Shown here: positions 28,708 through 37,528 of the stretch, piece by piece
Layout: each line of letters opens with the position of its first letter
Position numbering within the stretch: position 1 is the first letter of the stretch
Source: Candidatus Saccharimonadales bacterium
Lineage (GTDB): Bacteria > Patescibacteriota > Saccharimonadia > Saccharimonadales > JACDBH01
Direction: 5' to 3'
DNA: 64,000 nucleotides
Assembly (NCBI GenBank): GCA_041752595.1
Contig: JBGSWE010000004.1
Location: forward strand, 23,057-87,056
Translations under genes and position numbers: made by a program
Notes under the pieces: model-generated
The model's database searches: none
What the model was told of the DNA's origin: nothing
The model's input: the letters and a program-made list of their open reading frames with translations, nothing else

Positions 28708-30243
28708 ATGAGTGAAAATATTACGGAACAGGGCGGTTTGCCAGTTTATGACTGCGAATGCGCAGATGATTACCGGATAGGAGATAGCTTGGTACTGCGC
28801 GGACTTACTGCTGCACTACAACAGCAATTAGTTGGTAAATCTCAAGAAGAAAATATTAGCAAATGGACACCAAAAGACTCGGCCGAGCGTTTTCCGTCAA
28901 TTGAAGCAGTAGAATCTCGGGTTGCCGATACAGACATGTATGCACTTGTAGAAAGAAGCAAAACCGGAGCCGAAGACTTAGCTGGCCTTATCTGGTTTAG
29001 TGAGCGTCCAAAGCATGGCTGTAACTATACCTTTGCGATTAGGATGTACGATGGTTATGCAGGTAAAAGTTTAGCGAGCGAGTTCGCTGATACTGCTATT
29101 AAAGATTTTCAGCTTCTACATCCTACAGAGCGGAGTATTTGGCTGCGAGTCAATACTGCAAACCATGCTGCACGTAATCTCTATGAAAAGTTAGGTTTTA
29201 CCAGTAGTCTAATAGATGAGTCAGGGGAGATTATGAATAAAATTATAGATGCTAAAAATCCAAAAATCGTCGTTATAGGTGGTGGTACAGGCAGTTTTAC
29301 CGTGCTGAGTGGCCTCAAACACTACACAGACAACATCACAGCCGTTGTTAACATGTCGGATGACGGTGGTAGTAGTGGTGAACTACGCGACGAACTTGGC
29401 ACTTTGCCACCCGGTGATGTGCGACAGTGCTTGGTTGCTCTAAGTGATAATGATGTTATGCGCCGTATCTTTGAGTACCGTTTGAAGGGTGTATCTGGCA
29501 AACTAGAAAACCATCCGCTAGGCAACATTTTACTCAGCGGCATTGAACAGATGACTGGCAATTTCGAGGAGGCAGCTGATCTGCTGGGCAAACTTCTTAA
29601 TATAAAAGGAAGGGTGGTACCAGTTACAATTGCCCAGGCAAAGCTCCACGCTCGAAGGAAAGACGGCAGTGTTATTAAGGGTGAGGAGACGATTGGGCAC
29701 ATGAACTTTGGTACCGAACGTCCGGATATTTGGCTCGAGCCTGATGCACGGATAACCGAAAGTGCACTAGCTGCAATAAAAGATGCAGATATTGTAGTTA
29801 TTGCCCCTGGAAATTTATATGGCAGTCTAGCTCCGGCGCTGGTTGTAAAAGGTATTAAAGATGCGCTACTAGCAACTAGAGCTAAGCGTGTTTATATATC
29901 AAATTTAGTTACAAAACCAGATCAGACAGAAGGTTTCAAGGTACACGATTTTGCTGACGAGATTGAACGATTTATTGGCGCTGAGGTTCTTGATTATGTC
30001 CTTTACAATACTGACGAGCCAACCCCATCAATGATTAGCAAATATACTCGTGACGGTGAACACGTTCTAGAGTTTGACTTAGAACAATTATCAATCAAAC
30101 CATATGAGGCAATTGGTTTGCCTTTAATAGCCAAAGAACCGGTTGTCCATAGCGAAAACGATAGGCTAAGGAGTCGTCGCACACTTATTCGGCATGATTC
30201 AGAATTGCTTGCCAAAGAGGTGATTAAGTTGTTATCAAGATAA
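28708..30243 (+). CDS. Fusion protein: N-terminal GNAT acetyltransferase plus C-terminal YvcK/CofD-like (gluconeogenesis factor, UPF0052) domain
   Basis: Residues ~20-175 form a GNAT core (FAIRMYDGYAGKSLASEF...ANHAARNLYEKLGF). Residues ~185-511 contain KIVVIGGGTGSFTVLSGLK...VVNMSDDGGSSGELR...PPGDVRQCLVAL. Confidence 0.8.
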   Translation: MSENITEQGGLPVYDCECADDYRIGDSLVLRGLTAALQQQLVGKSQEENISKWTPKDSAERFPSIEAVESRVADTDMYALVERSKTGAEDLAGLIWFSERPKHGCNYTFAIRMYDGYAGKSLASEFADTAIKDFQLLHPTERSIWLRVNTANHAARNLYEKLGFTSSLIDESGEIMNKIIDAKNPKIVVIGGGTGSFTVLSGLKHYTDNITAVVNMSDDGGSSGELRDELGTLPPGDVRQCLVALSDNDVMRRIFEYRLKGVSGKLENHPLGNILLSGIEQMTGNFEEAADLLGKLLNIKGRVVPVTIAQAKLHARRKDGSVIKGEETIGHMNFGTERPDIWLEPDARITESALAAIKDADIVVIAPGNLYGSLAPALVVKGIKDALLATRAKRVYISNLVTKPDQTEGFKVHDFADEIERFIGAEVLDYVLYNTDEPTPSMISKYTRDGEHVLEFDLEQLSIKPYEAIGLPLIAKEPVVHSENDRLRSRRTLIRHDSELLAKEVIKLLSR

Positions 30244-30248
30244 TATAC

Positions 30249-30277
30249 TTGACAATTAGCTAAGCATAAGCTATAAT
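30249..30277 (+). promoter_or_regulatory. Consensus sigma-70 promoter (TTGACA-17-TATAAT), placed for a near-leaderless transcript
   Basis: Both hexamers are exact. The -10 ends 9 nt before the ATG at 30287. Confidence 0.55.
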
Positions 30278-30286
30278 GCTGTTATT

Positions 30287-30736
30287 ATGAACGAAAACAA
30301 ACAAAATAGACCTCGTAGATTTCATCACCAGCCTGGTACCGATCCATTTAAGCACCAGGCCACTCGCCCCGTACAAGAGGCTACTAAAAACGACACTCGT
30401 AGTTTGCGCCGCATTTTATTCGCTGGCGGGGTTGCTGTAACTGCCTTGTTTACTCTTAACGCTATAAAAAGTGGCACTAGCGCTGAAGGTAGTACTCCTC
30501 GACCAACCATTGAAGTAGAAGCAAAAGAAGGTGATTCTTATTGGAGTATGCAAGAAGCCGAAGGTGACAGTGGTCGTGAATTAGGTGAAGTTGTTTTAGA
30601 TGCAATGGATTTACCTCAAAATGACCAAAAAGGCACCGGTGACATTGATGGAATTGGTGATGGTATGGCAGATGAAGTTCATCCCGGCATGATAGTAACC
30701 TTGATTGATGATCCTAGTACTCCATCTCAACCCTAA
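30287..30736 (+). CDS. Hypothetical single-pass membrane protein with an acidic C-terminal region
   Basis: 149 aa with a basic N-terminus and a TM at ILFAGGVAVTALFTLNAI. Confidence 0.45.
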   Translation: MNENKQNRPRRFHHQPGTDPFKHQATRPVQEATKNDTRSLRRILFAGGVAVTALFTLNAIKSGTSAEGSTPRPTIEVEAKEGDSYWSMQEAEGDSGRELGEVVLDAMDLPQNDQKGTGDIDGIGDGMADEVHPGMIVTLIDDPSTPSQP

Positions 30737-30750
30737 TTGTTAGAAAGATA

Positions 30751-30792
30751 AACAAAAAGAGCCTCAGTACATATGGGGTTCTTTTTGTTTTT
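30751..30792 (+). terminator. Rho-independent terminator (15-bp stem with two G-U pairs)
   Basis: AACAAAAAGAGCCTC pairs with GGGGTTCTTTTTGTT around a 9-nt loop, followed by T residues. Confidence 0.55.
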
Positions 30793-30899
30793 ATAGTGTC
30801 GTTTGTCTAAACCAAGACACTATATATGGTGTATTTGTCCACATGCAGAAATATCTGTGGATAACCTCGAACGATCAGGGGCAATTTATAAAAAAACAG

Positions 30900-30954
30900 T
30901 TGCATGTGGGTAAGCGTGGGTAGTATGCTCTATTCAGTGGGTAAGCGTGGGTAG
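30900..30954 (+). promoter_or_regulatory. Putative MraZ operator: two copies of GTGGGTAAGCGTGGGTAG (four GTGGG boxes) overlapping a candidate promoter
   Basis: Exact 18-bp direct repeats lie at 30906-30923 and 30937-30954. Box starts at 30906, 30916, 30937 and 30947 give 10/21/10-bp phasing. TTGCAT (30900-30905) and TAGTAT (30921-30926) flank the first pair, and the site is 60-110 bp upstream of mraZ. Confidence 0.6.
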
Positions 30955-31015
30955 CCAAAATAGCCACCCGAAGTAAAAACAAAAACCACTAACAATAACA
31001 ACAATAAGGACCAAG

Positions 31016-31369
31016 GTGGACTATTTCGAAAGAAAACTCGATGACAAGCGGCGGTTAACCATACCAGCCGAGTTACGCGCCGAGTTTGCAAGCGGAGCAG
31101 TTCTAACCAGGGGCTTTAAAGACTATCTGCACCTGTACCCGAAAACGGTATGGGACGAAGAAGTCGAGCCGCAGCTGAAAGGATCAATCCTAGATGAGCG
31201 CACGGCCGATTTAAACGTTCAATTCCGAATGGGAAGAGTAGAAGCAGTAATAGACGAGAAGCAAGGCCGTATAACCCTGGAACAGCATCACCTTGACTAT
31301 GCAGGTATTACGCGGGAGCTCATTGCCGTTAGGGCAGGGCGATACTGGCGAATTCAGGCAAAAGCTTGA
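31016..31369 (+). CDS. mraZ: Transcriptional regulator MraZ (short, 117 aa)
   Basis: GTG start. Two SpoVT/AbrB-like halves are visible, with LDDKRRLTIPAELR and DEKQGRITLEQHHLDYAGI. It is the first gene of the dcw block. Confidence 0.85.
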   Translation: MDYFERKLDDKRRLTIPAELRAEFASGAVLTRGFKDYLHLYPKTVWDEEVEPQLKGSILDERTADLNVQFRMGRVEAVIDEKQGRITLEQHHLDYAGITRELIAVRAGRYWRIQAKA

Positions 31370-31759
31370 ATTAAGCTATCCAGCTAAATGTTCATTAACA
31401 ATTTATAAACGAACAGCAAATCGTTACGTATCGGATTATTAAATCTGAATATTGTAATAACCGACTCGAGGTCAGCGAATCGGCAGCCATCAAGTGGCAT
31501 ATGGGGCACCACTTTATAAAAACCCTTGCACCTTACTTTAAAAAAACACCTCCCAAAAACTCCACCTCACAATAAGTCTCTCAAACACTTATTCAAGGTT
31601 AATCTTTTCGTAAAAAGATTGTTTCAGTAGCAATACTGCATCTCGTATATCTTTTAACGGACAAAACTTGGTTAACCTTAAACAAAAACAAAAACAACAA
31701 AAAAACAAACAGTTGGCTGCTGGTTCGGTGACCTTGCAAAAACAAAAAAAAGCAAAAAC

Positions 31760-32677
31760 ATGCACCAAAACAAAAACCAAAATAAAAATATACATTTTCC
31801 AGTTCTAACAAATAGCGTACTGCAAATTTTAGACCCAAAATCAGGGGACAGTTACCTTGATTTAACGGCCGGGTACGGTGGGCACGCTTCGTTAGTATTG
31901 GAACGCACCTTACAAGAAGATCAAACAGTACTGGTCGATCGCGATCAGATGGCTATTGATCAATTAAAGATACTTTTCTTAGGTCGTGGCGTCCAGATAG
32001 TGCACAAAGACTTTCTGAGCGCAGCCAAAGAACTCTTACTCCAAGAGCGTACGTTCGATATTATTTTGGCGGATTTGGGCTTGTCGTCACCGCACCTTAA
32101 TACAGCGAGTCGAGGGTTTAGCTTTCGTTTTGATGTGCCTTTAGACATGCGTATGGATCAAAGACAGGAATTGACGGCAGATACGATAGTAAATACGTAT
32201 TCTGTAGAAGAACTGACTGAGATCCTGAGTGTTTATGGCGAAGAGCCAAAGGCAGCTCAAATAGCAAAAATACTGGTGCTAAACAGGCCGGTAAAAACAA
32301 CCCAACAACTTGCTAGTCTCATTGCCCAAGCTTGGCCGGGGTACAGCAGGATAAACCCAGCTACTCGAAGTTTTCAAGCACTTCGAATTGCTGTGAATGA
32401 TGAGCTTCGTCTGGTCCAAACAGCGTTGCCTGTCATGACAGACCTGCTTGCTCCGGGTGGGCGACTTGCCATAATTACATTCCATAGTTTGGAAGACCGT
32501 ATTGTTAAGCAGTATTTTGCTGATATAGCAGGAGATCGCTATGATACCGAATTCCGACACATTACCAAAAGGCCAGTCATGCCAGGGCAAGAAGAATTAG
32601 TTTCCAATCCGCGGTCGCGTAGTGCAAAACTACGTGCTGTTGCAAAAATAAACACAAAAAAGAAAGGAGATGCTTAA
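31760..32677 (+). CDS. rsmH: 16S rRNA (cytosine1402-N4)-methyltransferase
   Basis: HFPVLTNSVLQIL, YLDLTAGYGGHA, ADLGLSSPHL, SFRFDVPLDMRM and FHSLEDRIVK are present. Confidence 0.95.
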   Translation: MHQNKNQNKNIHFPVLTNSVLQILDPKSGDSYLDLTAGYGGHASLVLERTLQEDQTVLVDRDQMAIDQLKILFLGRGVQIVHKDFLSAAKELLLQERTFDIILADLGLSSPHLNTASRGFSFRFDVPLDMRMDQRQELTADTIVNTYSVEELTEILSVYGEEPKAAQIAKILVLNRPVKTTQQLASLIAQAWPGYSRINPATRSFQALRIAVNDELRLVQTALPVMTDLLAPGGRLAIITFHSLEDRIVKQYFADIAGDRYDTEFRHITKRPVMPGQEELVSNPRSRSAKLRAVAKINTKKKGDA

Positions 32678-32684
32678 AGTTATG

Positions 32685-32793
32685 CCTATACAGGTTAAAA
32701 GCAGCTCCAGAGCGTATAGGATCAAAGTCAGAGTACTTTGATTCCTGTATTCCTTCAGGGATGTCCCGGGTTCGCCCGGGGCACCTGAAGAGG
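32685..32793 (+). other. Three consecutive hairpins, the last GC-rich with a UUCG loop, in the rsmH-ftsL spacer
   Basis: Hairpin A is CCTATAC/GTATAGG (32685-32720). Hairpin B is GGATCAAAGT/ACTTTGATTCC (32719-32745). Hairpin C is CCTTCAGG..CCCGGG-TTCG-CCCGGG..CCTGAAGAGG (32752-32793). Confidence 0.35.
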
Positions 32794-32896
32794 TAAAAGT
32801 TGCTATATTACTTGTGAATATAATTTTACAAAAATAATAGTCCTGTAAATTTAGGTAAACAAAACAAAGCATCCCTGGTAACAGGGGATAATATTA

Positions 32897-33244
32897 ATGA
32901 CATATTCCAGTTCGCTGGCTATGAGTCGTCAGCGTTATGCTCGCCGCAATCAAAATGTGGTGACGCACAAACGCACCTATGTAGGCTTAGGGCCAGTTAG
33001 CAATACCATTATTCTTATAATTTTGGGTTGTGTTTTGGGACTGCTGTATTTGACGCAGGTAACAAAAACAAATGCCTATGGTTATAAGATAAACGAGCTC
33101 AGAAACGAAGCCGTTACTTTGCAGACACAGCATGATGAACTAGAAGTTGCATCGGCGCGACTGCAGTCGCTAGAACGCGCTAAAAGTAGTCCTGTATCAG
33201 AAGCGATGGTTTCGGTTGCCCCTAGTGGTGTTGTACAAAACTAA
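32897..33244 (+). CDS. ftsL: FtsL-like cell division protein
   Basis: 115 aa with a basic N-terminus, one TM (IILIILGCVLGLLYL) and a short coiled coil. It occupies the position between rsmH and ftsI. Confidence 0.55.
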   Translation: MTYSSSLAMSRQRYARRNQNVVTHKRTYVGLGPVSNTIILIILGCVLGLLYLTQVTKTNAYGYKINELRNEAVTLQTQHDELEVASARLQSLERAKSSPVSEAMVSVAPSGVVQN

Positions 33245-33271
33245 ACTAACAGATCAAAAGAGCTTTAACAC

Positions 33272-35071
33272 GTGCCAATTGTCCAGCCAAAGACTGTGGC
33301 CTCTCGTGGAAATAGTTCACGTGTAGATACCACACATCTAACTAGCCCCTCTAAACGGGCCCAAATAATATATGGGCTATTACTTTTGGTGTGCGCGGTT
33401 TTTATCGTTAGATTGTTTTATTTGCAAGTAATTCGGCATGACTATTATTCAAGCGCTGCCTCAGATTATCAGCTCAAAGGTTATCAAATACCTGCTGAGC
33501 GAGGAATCATTTATGCCCAGAACGGTTCTGAAAAAACCGCACTTGTACTAAATGAGATTAAGTACACGCTATTCGCTGATCCAATTTATATAAAAGATGC
33601 TAATAAAAGTGCAATTGACTTAGCTAAAATTACAAACGGCGATGCCAATAATTATCTCGAATTATTAAAAACTCCAGAAACTAGATATGTAGTGCTAGCA
33701 AAAAAACTTAGCACCGAGCAACACAAAGAAGTAATGAAACTAGATATTCTTGGTGTTGGTACAAGGGAAGAGACTTACCGCACATACCCACAGGGTCAAT
33801 TGGCATCACAATTACTTGGCTTTGTGAACGAAGAAGGCGAAGGGCAATATGGGATAGAACAGTCGCTTCAAAATAGTATTGCCGGTCAACCGGGTGAACT
33901 CAAGGCAATTACCGACGCAAAAGGCGTGCCTTTGGTTACGAACCCCGATAACGTACTCGTGGAACCAAAAAAAGGTGAAGCGGTAACGCTAACTATTGAT
34001 ATTGGCATGCAACGACAAGCTGAAGAGCTGTTGAAGGCTGGTTTAGAGCGCTCTGAGAGCAAATCCGGTAGTGTTGTGATAATTGATCCAAATAGTGGCT
34101 CAATAAAGGCTATGGCAAATTATCCAACTTATGACCCATCAAAAATAGCTGATGTAACCAATATAGCCGATTTATCAAACCCAGTTGTTACTTCGCCACT
34201 CGAAGTTGGGTCGGTTATGAAAGCATTAACAGCCGGTGCTGCAATCGATCAGGAGGTTGTTAGCTCAGGAACAGCATTTTATGATGCTGGATTTGTAATG
34301 GTGGGAGACCGTAAGATCACGAACGTTCGTAGCAGTGTTGGTACACAAACAGTTGAATCAACCCTGGTTAATTCATTAAATACGGGAGCTGTTTGGTTAT
34401 TAAAACAGATTGGTAGAGGTGAAATAAATGAGCGAGCAAGACTGACCTGGCATGATTATATGACAAAACGCTACTTTTTGGGTGAGCCAACAGGGGTTGA
34501 ACAGGCGGGAGAGGCAGGTGGCTTTATACCTAAACCAGAAGATAACGATCAAGGAATAAATGTAACATATGCAAATACGGCATTCGGTCAGGGTTTGACA
34601 GCAACACCTTTGCAAATGGCGGCGGCATTTTCAAGTATTGTTAACGGTGGTACATATTATCAACCAACACTTATCCACTCAACTAAAAATATTGACGGTA
34701 CTGAAGAGATAAAACAACCTGTAGTAAAAAAAGAAAATGTTATTAGTAGTTCTGCATCTAATGAAATGATAACGCTACTTGAAAGGGTTGTACGTCAGAA
34801 CATAGCAAGTGCTACCAGGGAGGGCTATAGAATAGGCGGCAAGACGGGGACCGCTGAATTTACTAATCCAGATAACGGGGAATACTATAAAGACCGTTTC
34901 AACGGTACATATATGGGTTTTGTGGGCGGCGACAAACCAGAGTACGTTATATTCGTGCGAGTTAATGAGCCTAAGATTCCAGGGTTTGCTGGTTCTGCGG
35001 CGGCGGCTCCACTATTTCGGGATTTGTCCAATATGTTGTTAGATAACTTTGGGGTTACGCCAAAACAGTAA
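33272..35071 (+). CDS. ftsI: Class B penicillin-binding protein (FtsI/PBP2-type transpeptidase)
   Basis: It has a TM anchor and a dimerisation domain. The transpeptidase motifs are SxxK (GSVMKAL), SxN (NSLNTG) and KTGT (GGKTGTAE). Confidence 0.92.
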   Translation: MPIVQPKTVASRGNSSRVDTTHLTSPSKRAQIIYGLLLLVCAVFIVRLFYLQVIRHDYYSSAASDYQLKGYQIPAERGIIYAQNGSEKTALVLNEIKYTLFADPIYIKDANKSAIDLAKITNGDANNYLELLKTPETRYVVLAKKLSTEQHKEVMKLDILGVGTREETYRTYPQGQLASQLLGFVNEEGEGQYGIEQSLQNSIAGQPGELKAITDAKGVPLVTNPDNVLVEPKKGEAVTLTIDIGMQRQAEELLKAGLERSESKSGSVVIIDPNSGSIKAMANYPTYDPSKIADVTNIADLSNPVVTSPLEVGSVMKALTAGAAIDQEVVSSGTAFYDAGFVMVGDRKITNVRSSVGTQTVESTLVNSLNTGAVWLLKQIGRGEINERARLTWHDYMTKRYFLGEPTGVEQAGEAGGFIPKPEDNDQGINVTYANTAFGQGLTATPLQMAAAFSSIVNGGTYYQPTLIHSTKNIDGTEEIKQPVVKKENVISSSASNEMITLLERVVRQNIASATREGYRIGGKTGTAEFTNPDNGEYYKDRFNGTYMGFVGGDKPEYVIFVRVNEPKIPGFAGSAAAAPLFRDLSNMLLDNFGVTPKQ

Positions 35072-35197
35072 AAAGCGTATAATTATTAGTAGGAACAAAA
35101 AAATAAAAATGATTAAAACAGTTCAAATTATCATAAAAAAACAGTTGCTTACATTCAATACCAACGTATTTAGTGTTTTTATTTCAGGAATTAGGTT

Positions 35198-36442
35198 ATG
35201 AATGTCATTTCAGCACGAGCAAATCTAAGACCAGCTGATTCACCCAGGAGGCGGCACAGACCCGACTATTGGCTTCCAGTAATAGCCACAGCACTACTAG
35301 TTATTGGTTTAGTGGTCGTATATTCGATAAGCCCAGGCATTAGCGCCTTAAAAGGGGTGTCTGAAAGCTACTACATCAGTAAGCAGTTAATTGCTATTAT
35401 GATGGGAGTTTTGACGTTTATTATTTTGTCGCACGTACCATACACTTACTGGCGCAAGGTTGTAAAACCGCTTTGTATTATCGCTTTTTTGTCCGCAGTT
35501 GCAGTATTTGCATTTGGTGAAGAAATTAACGGCGCACATCGCTGGATTCAGGTCGGGGGAGTGTCATTTCAGTCTGCAGAATTAATCAAATTTGCTCTGT
35601 TAATTTGGATGGCAGATTTTTTAGCGCGCAGAAAAAGCGAAGCTAAGCTAGGTGATTCTAATTTAACTTTAAAACCAATCGGTATAGCCTTCGCTGTAAT
35701 TGTTATAGTGGTTGCTATCGCACAGAGTGATTTTGGATCTACGGCAGTCATGGTAGGAATGGGCGCGGCTATGATGTTTGTAGCCGGCGTACCTCTTAAA
35801 AAGTTGTTAATTGCAGGACTAGTACTAGTAGCTATTGCGGGTATGTTAATTGCAAGTTCTAGTTATAGGCGTGACCGCGTAGCAACATTCTTGAACCCAA
35901 CTGCCGATTGCCAAAATACTGGTTACCAATCTTGTCAGGCACTGATTGCGGTGGGCTCTGGCGGATTGTTTGGCCTAGGTCTAGCTCGTAGCGTTCAAGC
36001 ATTTGGTTATTTACCAGAGGCGGCTAACGATTCTATTTTTGCAATTATTGCAGAAAAGTTTGGATTTTTAGGTGTTTCATTAATTATAGCTACTTTCGCA
36101 ATATTTTTCGGCAGGTTAACAAGAATAATAACTAGAGCTCCAGATGATTTTAGCCAGTTACTAGTTACTGGAATGCTGGCTTGGTTTGCTGTTCAGACTA
36201 TAATTAATATCGGTGCAATGGTTGGATTACTACCCCTAAAGGGAATTACTCTTCCATTCATAAGTTACGGCGGTACCAGCCTGCTGTTTGTAACTGGTGC
36301 GCTTGGAATAGCTTTCCAGATATCACGTTATTCTAGTTTATTAGGTAATTTAAATGAATCAGGAGCTAATTCGTATGAAGATTCTTCTTATAGGCGGGGG
36401 CAGCGGCGGCCACATTACGCCACTTCTCGCCGTAGCGCTTGA
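35198..36442 (+). CDS. ftsW: SEDS-family peptidoglycan glycosyltransferase FtsW
   Basis: A polytopic protein with SFQSAELIKFALLIW, PEAANDSIFAIIAEKFG and LPFISYGGTSLL. Confidence 0.92.
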   Translation: MNVISARANLRPADSPRRRHRPDYWLPVIATALLVIGLVVVYSISPGISALKGVSESYYISKQLIAIMMGVLTFIILSHVPYTYWRKVVKPLCIIAFLSAVAVFAFGEEINGAHRWIQVGGVSFQSAELIKFALLIWMADFLARRKSEAKLGDSNLTLKPIGIAFAVIVIVVAIAQSDFGSTAVMVGMGAAMMFVAGVPLKKLLIAGLVLVAIAGMLIASSSYRRDRVATFLNPTADCQNTGYQSCQALIAVGSGGLFGLGLARSVQAFGYLPEAANDSIFAIIAEKFGFLGVSLIIATFAIFFGRLTRIITRAPDDFSQLLVTGMLAWFAVQTIINIGAMVGLLPLKGITLPFISYGGTSLLFVTGALGIAFQISRYSSLLGNLNESGANSYEDSSYRRGQRRPHYATSRRSA

Positions 36443-37526
36443 ACTTAAGTTATTACATCCTGGCGTTGAGCTAATTGGTGTTTGTGAAAAAAACGCCAAG
36501 TTCAAATATCTTTTTGATGAATGTAAGTCGATTGACCAAGTTTATGAGGTTTCGGCGGGTAAATATCGTAGATATACTGGACTAAAATGGTATCAACGTT
36601 GGTTTGATGTAAAAACACTGTTTTTAAACATTCGTGACGTGGGACGTACATTTAAGGGTTACAAAGAAGCCAAACAGTTGTTAATTAAATTAAAACCCGA
36701 TGCGATCCTAATAAAGGGTGGGTTTGTAGCTGTGCCAGTTGGAAAAGCTGCGGCAAAACTAAGTATTCCATATCTTTCACACGATTCTGACTCTACCCCA
36801 GGATTAGCCAACAGGTTAATTGGTGATAAGGCTGTTAAGCATGCTACTGGTATGCCCGCAGAGCTATATAGTTACCCTAAAGAAAAGACCGTTTACACCG
36901 GTATCCCTGTATCGAAATCATTTCAAAGGGTTTCAAGTAACATGCGTCATAATTATCGAAAAGAGCTAGGACTAGGTGGGTGCAAACAGGTTATAACAAT
37001 TGTTGGAGGCAGCCAGGGGGCAGGGCAACTTAACTTAGATATAATAAGTATCTCAAGTCGTTTAATGAATAGTTTTAAAGATCTAGGAATAATACATGTA
37101 ACAGGTCATATGCACGAACAAGACAGCAGAGACAGATACGCTCAAGTATTAAAAAGTGAAGAAATTGATAGAGTAGTAGTGCAGGGCTTTGTAGATAATA
37201 TATACGTCAGTCAAGGTGCGGCTGATTTAGTAATAACAAGAGCAGGCGCAACCCAGGTCGCAGAACTGTCGCTACAAGCGCTGCCTATAATTGTGGTCCC
37301 CGGTCAGTTAGCGGGCGCTCATCAAGATAAGAATGCGGAGTATCTAGAAAAGCAATCTGCAAGTCTTTACGTTAAGTATGGCGATACAGAAGCGCTATTT
37401 AGCGCAATTGGATCTTTGCTAAATAACCCTGATAAGGCCAAGAGTATGGCCGATAATTTACACAAACTTGCAAAACCAAATGCAGCTAGGGAGCTGGCAT
37501 TATTAACCTTAAGCATAGTTAAATAA
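36375..37526 (+). CDS. murG: UDP-N-acetylglucosamine-lipid I transferase MurG
   Basis: MKILLIGGGSGGHITPLLAV is the N-terminus. An AGGAG SD sits 9 nt upstream, and TRAGATQVAEL is present near the C-terminus. The gene overlaps the ftsW tail. Confidence 0.92.
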   Translation: MKILLIGGGSGGHITPLLAVALELKLLHPGVELIGVCEKNAKFKYLFDECKSIDQVYEVSAGKYRRYTGLKWYQRWFDVKTLFLNIRDVGRTFKGYKEAKQLLIKLKPDAILIKGGFVAVPVGKAAAKLSIPYLSHDSDSTPGLANRLIGDKAVKHATGMPAELYSYPKEKTVYTGIPVSKSFQRVSSNMRHNYRKELGLGGCKQVITIVGGSQGAGQLNLDIISISSRLMNSFKDLGIIHVTGHMHEQDSRDRYAQVLKSEEIDRVVVQGFVDNIYVSQGAADLVITRAGATQVAELSLQALPIIVVPGQLAGAHQDKNAEYLEKQSASLYVKYGDTEALFSAIGSLLNNPDKAKSMADNLHKLAKPNAARELALLTLSIVK

Positions 37527-37528
37527 CA

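Noticed and set aside
30835-30864. A perfect DnaA box (TGTGGATAA, 30856-30864) and an inverted one-mismatch box (TTGTCCACA, 30835-30843), possibly marking oriC.
   Set aside because: One perfect 9-mer per 64 kb on two strands is roughly the chance expectation. There are only two boxes, with no AT-rich unwinding element array and no dnaA/dnaN nearby. It is more likely a generic inverted repeat or operator upstream of mraZ.
31589-31838. Two minus-strand ORFs (68 and 79 aa) in the mraZ-rsmH spacer.
   Set aside because: They are F/C/L-rich translations of the complement of the A/C-only tracts. They overlap the rsmH start and have no SD or promoter.
32765-32781. CCCGGGTTCGCCCGGG resembles a tRNA T-arm (compare CCGGGTTCGATTCCCGG of the tRNA-Glu at 57321-57395), suggesting a tRNA fragment or att site.
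   Set aside because: The loop is 4 nt rather than 7. No D-arm or anticodon arm can be folded, and there is no matching direct repeat or integrase. It is kept only as a hairpin.
35109-35201. A 30-codon upstream ORF ending in an ATGA overlap with the ftsW start.
   Set aside because: It has no SD at a usable distance and is a very AT-rich, low-complexity peptide. It cannot be distinguished from chance.
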